This document shows positions 10,377-24,200 of a DNA stretch of 64,000 bases, piece after piece (the first letter of the stretch is position 1; each line of letters opens with the position of its first letter). The position numbers and the translations under genes are program-made. The DNA comes from the human T2T-CHM13v2.0 reference genome, Homo sapiens. The stretch is from the NCBI RefSeq assembly GCF_009914755.1, contig NC_060948.1. One strand, given 5' to 3'. The notes beneath the pieces are model-generated. The model worked only from the letters and a program-made list of their open reading frames with translations. It was not told the origin of the DNA and made no database searches.

Positions 10377-13300
10377 TGGAATGAAACAGAATGGAATCAA
10401 ATCAAAGGAATATAATGAAATGGAATGGAATGGAATGGAAAGGAATTGAATGGAATAGTTTCGATTAGAAGGGATTGGAATGCAATGGAATGGAAAGGAC
10501 TCGAATTTCATGAAACGGAATGGAATGAATTGGAATGGAATGGACTCGAATGGAATGGAATGTCATGGAATGGCATCAAATGGAATGGAATCGAATGCAA
10601 TGGAATGTTATGGAATGGAATGGAATGTATTGGAATGGAATGTCCTCTAATGGAATGGATTCGAGTGGAATGGAATCGAATACAATGGAGTCGAATGAAA
10701 TGGAATTGAAAGGAATGGGATCGAATAGAATGGAATATACTGGAATGTAATGTAATGAAGTCGAATGTAATTGACTGGAATGGAATGTACATGAATGGAA
10801 TGCAATCGAATGAAATAGAATCTAATGCAATAAAACCGACTCAAATGAAATAGAATGTAATGGAATGGAGTGCAGTGCAATGGAATGGAATGGAATGGAA
10901 TGGAATGGAATGGAATGGAATGGAATGGAATGGGATGGAATGGGGTGGAATGGTATGGAACGGATAATAATGGTCTGGAGTGAAATGGACTGGAAAGGAA
11001 TGGACTCAAATTGAAAGGGCTCGAAAGGAATGGGGTCAAATGTAATGGTCTGGAATGGAATGAACTCGAATGTAATGCAATCCAATAGAATGGAATCGAA
11101 TGGAATGGAATATAAAGAAATGGAATCGAAGAGAATGGAAACAAATGGAATGGAATTGTATGGAATTGAATTGAATCGAATCGAATGTAATTGAACGGAA
11201 AAAATGCAACTAAATAGAATCGAAAACAATGGATTCGACTGGCATCTAATAGAATGAAATGGAATGCGGTGAGGTGGAGTGGATTGTAATGGAATTGAAT
11301 GGAATGGGTTGTAATTGAATTGAATGGAGTGGAGTGGAGTGAACTGGAGTGGAATGGAATGGAATGGGCAGGTATGGAATTGAAAGGCGTGGAGTGGAGT
11401 GGAATTGAGAGGAGTGGAATGGAGTAGGGTGGATTGTAGTGGAGAGTATTGGAAAAGAGTGGAGTGGAACGGAATGGAATGGAGTGGAGTGGAATGGAAT
11501 GGAATTGAGTGAAGTGGAGTGGAGTGGAATGGAGAGTAATGGAGTGGAGTGGACTTGATTGGAGTAGATAGCAGTGCATTGGACTGTACGGGATAGAAGG
11601 GGCTTGGAGTGCCATGGAGTGGAGTGGAATGGAATGGAGTGGAGTGGAATGGATTGCAATGGACTGGAAAGGAATGCAATGGAATGGATTTAAATGGCAG
11701 GGAATCAAATCGAATTGAATCATATTGGAACAAGTTGAATTGACTGGAGGAAAGAAATCGAATGAAATCGAATGGAATGAATGGAAGAGAGTGCAATGTT
11801 ATAGAATGGAATGGAGACAGATGGAATGGAATGGAACAGAGAGCAATGGTATAGAATGCAATGGAATCATATGAAATGGAATTGAGTGGAATGGAATAAT
11901 ATGAAATGGAATGGAATGGAATGCCCTTGCATTAAATGGTCTGGAATGGAATGGACTCGAACAGAGTGGAATGGAAAGCATTGAAATAGAATGGAATGGA
12001 CTCCTTTGGAATGGTCTAGTATGGATGCAATCGACTGGCAGGGAATCAAAAGGAATGTAATCGAATAGATTGGACTGGAATACAATGGACTCGAATAGAT
12101 TGGAAACGGAATGCAATGGAATGGAATGGAATAGTATGGAATGGGATGGAATGAAATGGAGTGGAATAGACTAGAGTGGAATGGAATGGACTCGAAAGCA
12201 ATGGACTGGAATGGAACGGTCTTGAATGGACTGGAATCAAACGGAATGGAATGGAATGCAATGCAATCAAATGGAATGGAATAAAATAGAATGAAAGAGA
12301 ATGAAATGGAATTGAATCGAATGGAATCGAATGGATTGGAAAGGAATAGAATGGAATGGAATGGAATTGACTCAAATGGAATGGACTAGAATGGAATGGA
12401 GTCGAATGGAAGGCAAAGGAATGGAATCTATTGGAATGGACTGTAATGGAATGGAATGGAAGGGATTGGAATGGACTCGAATGGAATGAACTGCAATAGA
12501 AAGGATTCGAATGGAATGAAAAAGAATTGAATGGAAAAGAACAGAATGGAATCAAATCGAATGAAATGGAATGGAATAGAAAGGAATGGAATGAAATGGA
12601 ATGGAAAGGATTCGAATGGAATGCAATCGAATGGAATGGAATCGAACGGAATGGAATAAAATGGAGGCAAACTGGCAAGAAATGGAATCGAAATGAATGG
12701 AGTGTTATGGAACGGACTCCAAAGGAATTGAATGTAATAGAATGGAGTGGAGTGGACTCGAATATAATGGACTGGAATGGAATGGAATCACATGGAATGG
12801 GAACGAATGGAATGGAATGGAAAGGAATGGAATCGAATGGAAGGGAATGAAATTGAATCAACAGGAATGGAAGGGAATAGAATAGACTGTAATGGAATGG
12901 ACTCGAATAGAAAGGACACGAATGCTCAAATTGAATGGACTCGAATGGAATGGAAACGAATGGAATGTCATCGAATGGAATTGAATCGATTGGAATGGAA
13001 TCGCATAGAATGGAGAGGAATGAAATGGAATTGAATCGAATGGAAAGGAACCGAATGGACTGAAATGAAATGGAATGGAATTGAATGGAAAGTAATGCAA
13101 TGCAATAGAATGGAACGAAATTTCACGGAATGGAATGAAACAGAATGGAATCAAATCAATGGAATATAATGAAATGGAATGGAATGGAATGGAAAGGAAT
13201 TGAATGGAATAGATTGGATTGGAAGGGATTGGAATGCAATGGAATGGAAAGGAATCGAATTTCATGAAACGGAATGGAATGAATTGGAAAGGAATGGACT

Positions 13301-16300
13301 CGAATGGAATGGAATGTCATGGAATGGCATCAAATGGAATGGCATCAAATGGAATGGAATCGATTGCAATGGAATGTTATGGAATGGAATGGAATGTATT
13401 GGAATGGAATGTCCTCTAATGGAATGGATTCGAGTGGAATGGAATCGAATATAATGGAGTCGAATGAAATGGAATTGAAAGGAATGGGATCAAATAGAAT
13501 GGAATATACTGGAATGTAATGTAATGAAGTCGAATGTAATTGACTGGAATGGAATGTACATGAATGGAATGCCATCGAATGGAATAGAATCTAATGCAAT
13601 AAAACCGACTCAAATGGAATAGAATGTAATGGAATGGAGTGCAGTGCAATGGAATGGAATGCAATGGAATGGAATGGAATGGAATGGAATGGAATGGAAT
13701 GGGATGGAATGGGATGGAATGGTATGGAATGGATAATAATGGTCTGGAGTGAAATGGACTGGAAAGGAATGGACTCAAATTGAAAGGGCTCGAAAGGAAT
13801 GGGGTCAAATGTAATGGTCTGGAATGGAATGAACTCGAATGTAATGCAATCCAATAGAATGGAATCGAATGGAATGGAATATAAAGAAATGGAATCGTAC
13901 AGAATGGAAACAAATGGAATGGAATTGTATGGAATTGAATCGAATCGAATCGAATGTAATTGAACGGAAAAAATGCAACTGAATAGAATCGAAAACAATG
14001 GATTCGACTGGCATCTAATAGAATGAAATGGAATGCGGTGAGGTGGAGTGGATTGTAATGGAGTTGAATGGAATGGGGTGTAATTGAATTGAATGGAGTG
14101 GAGTGGAGTGAACTGGAGTGGAATGGAATGGAATGGGCAGGCATGGAATTGAAAGGCGTGGAGTGGAGTGGAATTGAGAGGAGTGGAATGCAGTAGGGTG
14201 GATTGTAGTGGAGAGTATTCGAAAAGAGTGGAGTGGAACGGAATGGAATGGAGTGGAGTGGAATGGAATGGAATTGAGTGAAGTGGAGTGGAGTGGAATG
14301 GAGAGTAATGGAGTGGAGTGGACTTGATTGGAGTAGATAGCAGTGCATTGGACTGTACGGGATAGAAGGGGCTTGGAGTTCCATGGAGTGGAGTGGAATG
14401 GAATGGAATGGAGTGGAATGGATTGGAATGGACTGGAAAGGAATGTAATGGAATGGATTTAAATGGCAGGGAATCAAATCGAATTGAATCATATTGGAAC
14501 AATTTGAATCGACTGGAGGAAAGAAATCGAATGAAATCGAATGGAATGAATGGAAGAGAGTGCAATGTTATAGAATGGAATGGAGACAGATGGAATGGAA
14601 TGGAACAGAGAGCAATGGTATAGAATGCAATGGAATCATATGAAATGGAATTGAGTGGAATGGAATAATATGAAATGGAATGGAATGGAATGGAATGCCC
14701 TTGCATTAAATGGACTGGAATGGAATGGACTCGAACAGAGTGGAATGGAAAGCATTGAAATAGAATGGAATGGACTCCTTTGGAATGGTCTAGTATGGAT
14801 GCCATCGACTGGCAGGGAATCAAAAGGAATGTAATCGAATAGATTGGACTGGAATACAATGGACTCGAATAGATTGGAAACGGAATGCAATGGAATGGAA
14901 TGGAATAGTATGGAATGGGATGGAATGAAATGGAGTGGAATAGACTAGAGTGGAATGGAATGGACTCGAAAGCAATGGACTGGAATGGAACGGTCTTGAA
15001 TGGACTGGAATCAAACGGAATGGAATGGAATGCAATGCAATCAAATGGAATGGAATAAAATAGAATGAAAGAGAATCAAATGGAATTGAATCGAATGGAA
15101 TCGAATGGATTGGAAAGGAATAGAATGGAATGGAATGGAATTGACTCAAATGGAATGGACTAGAATGGAATGGAGTCGAATGGAAGGCAAAGGAATGGAA
15201 TCTATTGGAATGGACTGTAACGGAATGGAATGGAAGGGATTGGAATGGACTCGAATGGAATGAACTGCAATAGAAAGGATTCGAATGGAATGAAAAAGAA
15301 TTGAATGGAATAGAAGAGAATGGAATCAAATCGAATGAAATGGAATGGAATAGAAAGGAATGGAATGAAATGGAATGGAAAGGATTCGAATGGAATGCAA
15401 TCGAATGGAATGGAATCGAACGGAATGGAATAAAATGGAGGCAAACTGGCAAGAAATGGAATCGAAATGAATGGAGTGTTATGGAACGGACTCCAAAGGA
15501 ATTGAATGTAATAGAATGGAGTGGAGTGGACTCGAATATAATGGACTGGAATGGAATGGAATCACATGGAATGGGAACGAATGGAATGGAATGGAAAGGA
15601 ATGGAATCGAATGGAAGGGAATGAAATTGAATCAACAGGAATGGAAGGGAATAGAATAGACTGTAATGGAATGGACTCGAATAGAAAGGACACGAATGCT
15701 CAAATTGAATGGACTCGAATGGAATGGAAACGAATGGAATGTCATCGAATGGAATTGAATCGATTGGAATGGAATCGCATAGAATGGAGAGGAATGAAAT
15801 GGAATTGAATCGAATGGAAAGGAACCGAATGGACTGAAATGAAATGGAATGGAATTGAATGGAAAGTAATGCAATGCAATAGAATGGAACGAAATTTCAC
15901 GGAATGGAATGAAACAGAATGGAATCAAATCAATGGAATATAATGAAATGGAATGGAATGGAATGGAAAGGAATTGAATGGAATAGATTGGATTGGAAGG
16001 GATTGGAATGCAATGGAATGGAAAGGACTCGAATTTCATGAAACGGAATGGAATGAATTGGAATGGAATGGACTCGAATGGAATGGAATGTCATGGAATG
16101 GCATCAAATGGAATGGCATCAAATGGAATGGAATCGAATGCAATGGAATGTTATGGAATGGAATGGAATGTATTGGAATGGAATGTCCTCTAATGGAATG
16201 GATTCGAGTGGAATGGAATCGAATATAATGGAGTCGAATGAAATGGAATTGAAAGGACTGGGATCAAATAGAATGGAATATACTGGAATGTAATGTAATG

Positions 16301-19300
16301 AAGTCGAATGTAATTGACTGGAATGGAATGTACATGAATGGAATGCAATCGAATGGAATAGAATCTAATGCAATAAAACCGACTCAAATGGAATAGAATG
16401 TAATGGAATGGAGTGCAGTGCAATGGAATGGAATGGAATGGAATGGAATGGAATGGAATGGAATGGGATGGAATGGGATGGAATGGGATGGAACGGATAA
16501 TAATGGTCTGGAGGAAATGGACTGGAAAGGAATGGAGTCAAATTGAAAGGGCTCGAAAGGAATGGGGTCAAATGTAATGGTCTGGAATGGAATGAACTCG
16601 AATGTAATGCAATCCAATAGAATGGAATCGAATGGAATGGAATATAAAGCAATGGAATCGAAGAGAATGAAACAAATGGAATGGAATTGTATGGAATTGA
16701 ATCGAATCGAATCGAATGTAATTGAACGGAAAAAATGCAACTGAATAGAATCGAAAACAATGGATTCGACTGGCATCTAATAGAATGAAATGGAATGCGT
16801 TGAGGTGGAGTGGATTGTAATGGAGTTGAATGGAATGGGGTGTAATTGAATTGAATGGGGTGGAGTGGAGTGAACTGGAGTGGAATGGAATGTAATGGGC
16901 AGGCATGGAATTGAAAGGCGTGGAGTGGAGTGGAATTGAGAGGAGTGGAATGGAGTAGGGTGGATTGTAGTGGAGAGTATTGGAAAAGAGTGGAGTGGAA
17001 CGGAATGGAATGGAGTGGAGTGGAATGGAATGGAATAGAGTGAAGTGGAGTGGAGTGGAATGGAGAGTAATGGAGTGGAGTGGACTTGATTGGAGTAGAT
17101 AGCAGTGCATTGGACTGTACGGGATAGAAGTGGCTTGGAGTGCCATGGAGTGGAGTGGAATGGAATGGAATGGAGTGGAATGGATTGGAATGGACTGGAA
17201 AGGAATGGAATGGAATGGATTTAAATGGCAGGGAATCAAATCGAATTGAATCATATTGGAACAAGTTGAATCGACTGGAGGAAAGAAATCGAATGAAATC
17301 GAATGGAATGAATGGAAGAGAGTGCAATGTTATAGAATGGAATGGAGACAGATGGAATGGAATGGAACAGAGAGCAATGGTATAGAATGCAATGGAATCA
17401 TATGAAATGGAATTGAGTGGAATGGAATAATATGAAATGGAATGGAATGGAATGGAATGCCCTTGCATTAAATGGACTGGAATGGAATGGACTCGAACAG
17501 AGTGGAATGGAAAGCATTGAAATAGAATGGAATGGACTCCTTTGGAATGGTCTAGTATGGATGCAATCGACTGGCAGGGAATCAAAAGGAATGTAATCGA
17601 ATAGATTGAACTGGAATACAATGGACTCGAATACATTGGAAACGGAATGCAATGGAATGGAATGGAATAGTATGGAATGGAATGGAATGGAATGGAGTGG
17701 AATAGAATAGAGTGGAATGGAATGGACTCGAAAGCAATGGACTGGAATGAAACGGTCTTGAATGGACTGGAATCAAACGGAATGGATTGGAATGCAATGC
17801 AATCAAATGGAATGGAATTAAATAGAATGAAAGAGAATCAAATGGAATTGAATCGAATGGAATCGAATGGATTGGAAGGGAATAGAATGGAATGGAATGG
17901 AATTGACTCAAATGGAATGGACTAGAATGGAATGGAGTCGAATGGAAGGCAAAGGAATGGAATCTATTGGAATGGACTGTAATGGAATGGAATGGAAGGG
18001 ATTGGAATGGACTCGAATGGAATGGACTGCAATAGAAAGGATTCGAATGGAATGAAAGAGAATTGAATGGAATAGAACAGAATGGAATCAAATCGAATGA
18101 AATGGAATGGAATAGAAAGGAATGGAATGAAATGGAATGGAAAGGATTCGAATGGAATGCAATCGAATGGAATGGAATCGAACGGAATGGAATAAAATGG
18201 AAGCAAACTGGCAAGAAATGGAATCGAAATGAATGGAGTGTCATGGAACGGACTCCAAAGGAATTGAATGTAATAGAATGGAGTGGAGTGGACTCGAATA
18301 TAATGGACTGGAATGGAATGGAATCACATGGAATGGGAACGAATGGAATGGAATGGAAAGGAATGGAATCGAATGGAAGGGAATGAAATTGAATCAACAG
18401 GAATGGAAGGGAATAGAATAGACTGTAATGGAATGGACTCGAATAGAAAGGACACGAATGCTCAAATTGAATGGACTCGAATGGAATGGAAACGAAAGGA
18501 ATGTCATCGAATGGAATTGAATCGATTGGAATGGAATCGCGTAGAATGGAGAGGAATCAAATGGAATTGAATCGAATGGAAAGGAACCGAATGGACTGAA
18601 ATGAAATGGAATGGAATTGAATGCAAAGTAATGCAATGCAATAGAATGGAACGAAATTTCACGGAATGGAATGAAACAGAATGGAATCAAATCAAAGGAA
18701 TATAATGAAATGGAATGGAATGGAATGGAAAGGAATTGAATGGAATAGTTTCGATTAGAAGGGATTGGAATGCAATGGAATGGAAAGGACTCGAATTTCA
18801 TGAAACGGAATGGAATGAATTGGAATGGAATGGACTCGAATGGAATGGCATCAAATGGAATGGCATCAAATGGAATGGAATCGAATGCAATGGAATGTTA
18901 TGGAATGGAATGGAATGTATTGGAATGGAATGTCCTCTAATGGAATGGATTCGAGTGGAATGGAATCGAATACAATGGAGTCGAATGAAATGGAATTGAA
19001 AGGAATGGGATCGAATAGACTGGAATATACTGGAATGTAATGTAATGAAGTCGAATGTAATTGACTGGAATGGAATGTACATGAATGGAATGCAATCGAA
19101 TGAAATAGAATCTAATGCAATAAAACCGACTCAAATGGAATAGAATGTAATGGAATGGAGTGCAGTGCAATGGAATGGAATGGAATGGAATGGAATGGAA
19201 TGGAATGGAATGGAATGGTATGGAATGGAATGGGATGGAATGGGATGGAATGGTATGGAACGGATAATAATGGTCTGGAGTGAAATGGACTGGAAAGGAA

Positions 19301-21260
19301 TGGACTCAAATTGAAAGGGCTCGAAAGGAATGGGGTCAAATGTAATGGTCTGGAATGGAATGAACTCGAATGTAATGCAATCCAATAGAATGGAATCGAA
19401 TGGAATGGAATATAAAGAAATGGAATCGAAGAGAATGGAAACAAATGGAATGGAATTGTATGGAATTGAATCGAATCGAATCGAATGTAATTGAACGGAA
19501 AAAATGCAACTAAATAGAATCGAAAACAATGGATTCGACTGGCATCTAATAGAATGAAATGGAATGCGGTGAGGTGGAGTGGATTGTAATGGAGTTGAAT
19601 GGAATGGGTTGTAATTGAATTGAATGGAGTGGAGTGGAGTGAACTGGAGTGGAATGGAATGGAATGGGCAGGCATGGAATTGAAAGGCGTGGAGTGGATT
19701 GGAATTGAGAGGAGTGGAATGGAGTAGGGTGGATTGTAGTGGAGAGTATTGGAAAAGAGTGGAGTGGAACGGAATGGAATGGAGTGGAGTGGAATGGAAT
19801 GGAATTGAGTGAAGTGGAGTGGAGTGGAATGGAGAGTAATGGAGTGGAGTGGACTTGATTGGAGTAGATAGCAGTGCATTGGACTGTACGGGATAGAAGT
19901 GGCTTGGAGTGCCATGGAGTGGAGTGGAATGGAATGGAGTGGAGTGGAATGGATTGGAATGGACTGGAAAGGAATGGAATGGAATGGATTTAAATGGCAG
20001 GGAATCAAATCGAATTGAATCATATTGGAACAATTTGAATCGACTGGAGGAAAGAAATCGAATGAAATCGAATGGAATGAATGGAAGAGAGTGCAATGTT
20101 ATAGAATGGAATGGAGACAGATGGAATGGAATGGAACAGAGAGCAATGGTATAGAATGCAATGGAATCATATGAAATGGAATTGAGTGGAATGGAATAAT
20201 ATGAAATGGAATGGAATGGAATGCCCTTGCATTAAATGGACTGGAATGGAATGGACTCGAACAGAGTGGAATGGAAAGCATTGAAATAGAATGGAATGGA
20301 CTCCTTTGGAATGGTCTAGTATGGATGCAATCGACTGGCAGGGAATCAAAAGGAATGTAATCGAATAGATTGGACTGGAATACAATGGACTCGAATAGAT
20401 TGGAAACGGAATGCAATGGAATGGAATGGAATAGTATGGAATGGGATGGAATGAAATGGAGTGGAATAGACTAGAGTGGAATGGAATGGACTCGAAAGCA
20501 ATGGACTGGAATGGAACGGTCTTGAATGGACTGGAATCAAACGGAATGGAATGGAATGCAATGCAATCAAATGGAATGGAATAAAATAGAATGAAAGAGA
20601 ATGAAATGGAATTGAATCGAATGGAATCGAATGGATTGGAAAGGAATAGAATGGAATGGAATGGAATTGACTCAAATGGAATGGACTAGAATGGAATGGA
20701 GTCGAATGGAAGGCAAAGGAATGGAATCTATTGGAATGGACTGTAACGGAATGGAATGGAAGGGATTGGAATGGACTCGAATGGAATGAACTGCAATAGA
20801 AAGGATTCGAATGGAATGAAAAAGAATTGAATGGAATAGAAGAGAATGGAATCAAATCGAATGAAATGGAATGGAATAGAAAGGAATGGAATGAAATGGA
20901 ATGGAAAGGATTCGAATGGAATGCAATCGAATGGAATGGAATCGAACGGAATGGAATAAAATGGAGGCAAACTGGCAAGAAATGGAATCGAAATGAATGG
21001 AGTGTTATGGAACGGACTCCAAAGGAATTGAATGTAATAGAATGGAGTGGAGTGGACTCGAATATAATGGACTGGAATGGAATGGAATCACATGGAATGG
21101 GAACGAATGGAATGGAATGGAAAGGAATGGAATCGAATGGAAGGGAATGAAATTGAATCAACAGGAATGGAAGGGAATAGAATAGACTGTAATGGAATGG
21201 ACTCGAATAGAAAGGACACGAATGCTCAAATTGAATGGACTCGAATGGAATGGAAACGAA

Positions 21261-24200
21261 AGGAATGTCATCGAATGGAATTGAATCGATTGGAATGGAA
21301 TCGCATAGAATGGAGAGGAATGAAATGGAATTGAATCGAATGGAAAGGAACCGAATGGACTGAAATGAAATGGAATGGAATTGAATGGAAAGTAATGCAA
21401 TGCAATAGAATGGAACGAAATTTCACGGAATGGAATGAAACAGAATGGAATCAAATCAATGGAATATAATGAAATGGAATGGAATGGAATGGAAAGGAAT
21501 TGAATGGAATAGATTGGATTGGAAGGGATTGGAATGCAATGGAATGGAAAGGACTCGAATTTCATGAAACGGAATGGAATGAATTGGAATGGAATGGACT
21601 CGAATGGAATGGAATGTCATGGAATGGCATCAAATGGAATGGCATCAAATGGAATGGAATCGAATGCAATGGAATGTTATGGAATGGAATGGAATGTATT
21701 GGAATGGAATGTCCTCTAATGGAATGGATTCGAGTGGAATGGAATCGAATATAATGGAGTCGAATGAAATGGAATTGAAAGGACTGGGATCAAATAGAAT
21801 GGAATATACTGGAATGTAATGTAATGAAGTCGAATGTAATTGACTGGAATGGAATGTACATGAATGGAATGCAATCGAATGGAATAGAATCTAATGCAAT
21901 AAAACCGACTCAAATGGAATAGAATGTAATGGAATGGAGTGCAGTGCAATGGAATGGAATGGAATGGAATGGAATGGAATGGGATGGGATGGAATGGGAT
22001 GGAATGGTATGGAACGGATAATAATGGTCTGGAGGAAATGGACTGGAAAGGAATGGACTCAAATTGAAAGGGCTCGAAAGGAATGGGGTCAAATGTAATG
22101 GTCTGGAATGGAATGAACTCGAATGTAATGCAATCCAATAGAATGGAATCGAATGGAATGGAATATAAAGAAATGGAATCGAAGAGAATGGAAACAAATG
22201 GAATGGAATTGTATGGAATTGAATCGAATCGAATCGAATGTAATTGAACGGAAAAAATGCAACTGAATAGAATCGAAAACAATGGATTCGACTGGCATCT
22301 AATAGAATGAAATGGAATGCGGTGAGATGGAGTGGATTGTAATGGAGTTGAATGGAATGGGGTGTAATTGAATTGAATGGAGTGGAGTGGAGTGAACTGG
22401 AGTGGAATGGAATGGAATGGGCAGGCATGGAATTGAAAGGCGTGGAGTGGAGTGGAATTGAGAGGAGTGGAATGCAGTAGGGTGGATTGTAGTGGAGAGT
22501 ATTCGAAAAGAGTGGAGTGGAACGGAATGGAATGGAGTGGAGTGGAATGGAATGGAATTGAGTGAAGTGGAGTGGAGTGGAATGGAGAGTAATGGAGTGG
22601 AGTGGACTTGATTGGAGTAGATAGCAGTGCATTGGACTGTACGGGATAGAAGGGGCTTGGAGTGCCATGGAGTGGAGTGGAATGGAATGGAGTGGAGTGG
22701 AATGGATTGGAATGGACTGGAAAGGAATGGAATGGAATGGATTTAAATGGCAGGGAATCAAATCGAATTGAATCATATTGGAACAATTTGAATCGACTGG
22801 AGGAAAGAAATCGAATGAAATCGAATGGAATGAATGGAAGAGAGTGCAATGTTATAGAATGGAATGGAGACAGATGGAATGGAATGGAACAGAGAGCAAT
22901 GGTATAGAATGCAATGGAATCATATGAAATGGAATTGAGTGGAATGGAATAATATGAAATGGAATGGAATGGAATGCCCTTGCATTAAATGGACTGGAAT
23001 GGAATGGACTCGAACAGAGTGGAACGGAAAGCATTGAAATAGAATGGAATGGACTCCTTTGGAATGGTCTAGTATGGATGCAATCGACTGGCAGGGAATC
23101 AAAAGGAATGTAATCGAATAGATTGGACTGGAATACAATGGACTCGAATAGATTGGAAACGGAATGCAATGGAATGGAATGGAATAGTATGGAATGGGAT
23201 GGAATGAAATGGAGTGGAATAGACTAGAGTGGAATGGAATGGACTCGAAAGCAATGGACTGGAATGGAACGGTCTTGAATGGACTGGAATCAAACGGAAT
23301 GGAATGGAATGCAATGCAATCAAATGGAATGGAATAAAATAGAATGAAAGAGAATCAAATGGAATTGAATCGAATGGAATCGAATGGATTGGAAAGGAAT
23401 AGAATGGAATGGAATGGAATTGACTCAAATGGAATGGACTAGAATGGAATGGAGTCGAATGGAAGGCAAAGGAATGGAATCTATTGGAATGGACTGTAAT
23501 GGAATGGAATGGAAGGGATTGGAATGGACTCGAATGGAATGAACTGCAATAGAAAGGATTCGAATGGAATGAAAAAGAATTGAATGGAATAGAAGAGAAT
23601 GGAATCAAATCGAATGAAATGGAATGGAATAGAAAGGAATGGAATGAAATGGAATGGAAAGGATTCGAATGGAATGCAATCGAATGGAATGGAATCGAAC
23701 GGAATGGAATAAAATGGAAGCAAACTGGCAAGAAATGGAATCGAAATGAATGGAGTGTTATGGAACGGACTCCAAAGGAATTGAATGTAATAGAATGGAG
23801 TGGAGTGGACTCGAATATAATGGACTGGAATGGAATGGAATCACATGGAATGGGAACGAATGGAATGGAATGGAAAGGAATGGAATCGAATGGAAGGGAA
23901 TGAAATTGAATCAACAGGAATGGAAGGGAATAGAATAGACTGTAATGGAATGGACTCGAATAGAAAGGACACGAATGCTCAAATTGAATGGACTCGAATG
24001 GAATGGAAACGAATGGAATGTCATCGAATGGAATTGAATCGATTGGAATGGAATCGCATAGAATGGAGAGGAATGAAATGGAATTGAATCGAATGGAAAG
24101 GAACCGAATGGACTGAAATGAAATGGAATGGAATTGAATGGAAAGTAATGCAATGCAATAGAATGGAACGAAATTTCACGGAATGGAATGAAACAGAATG

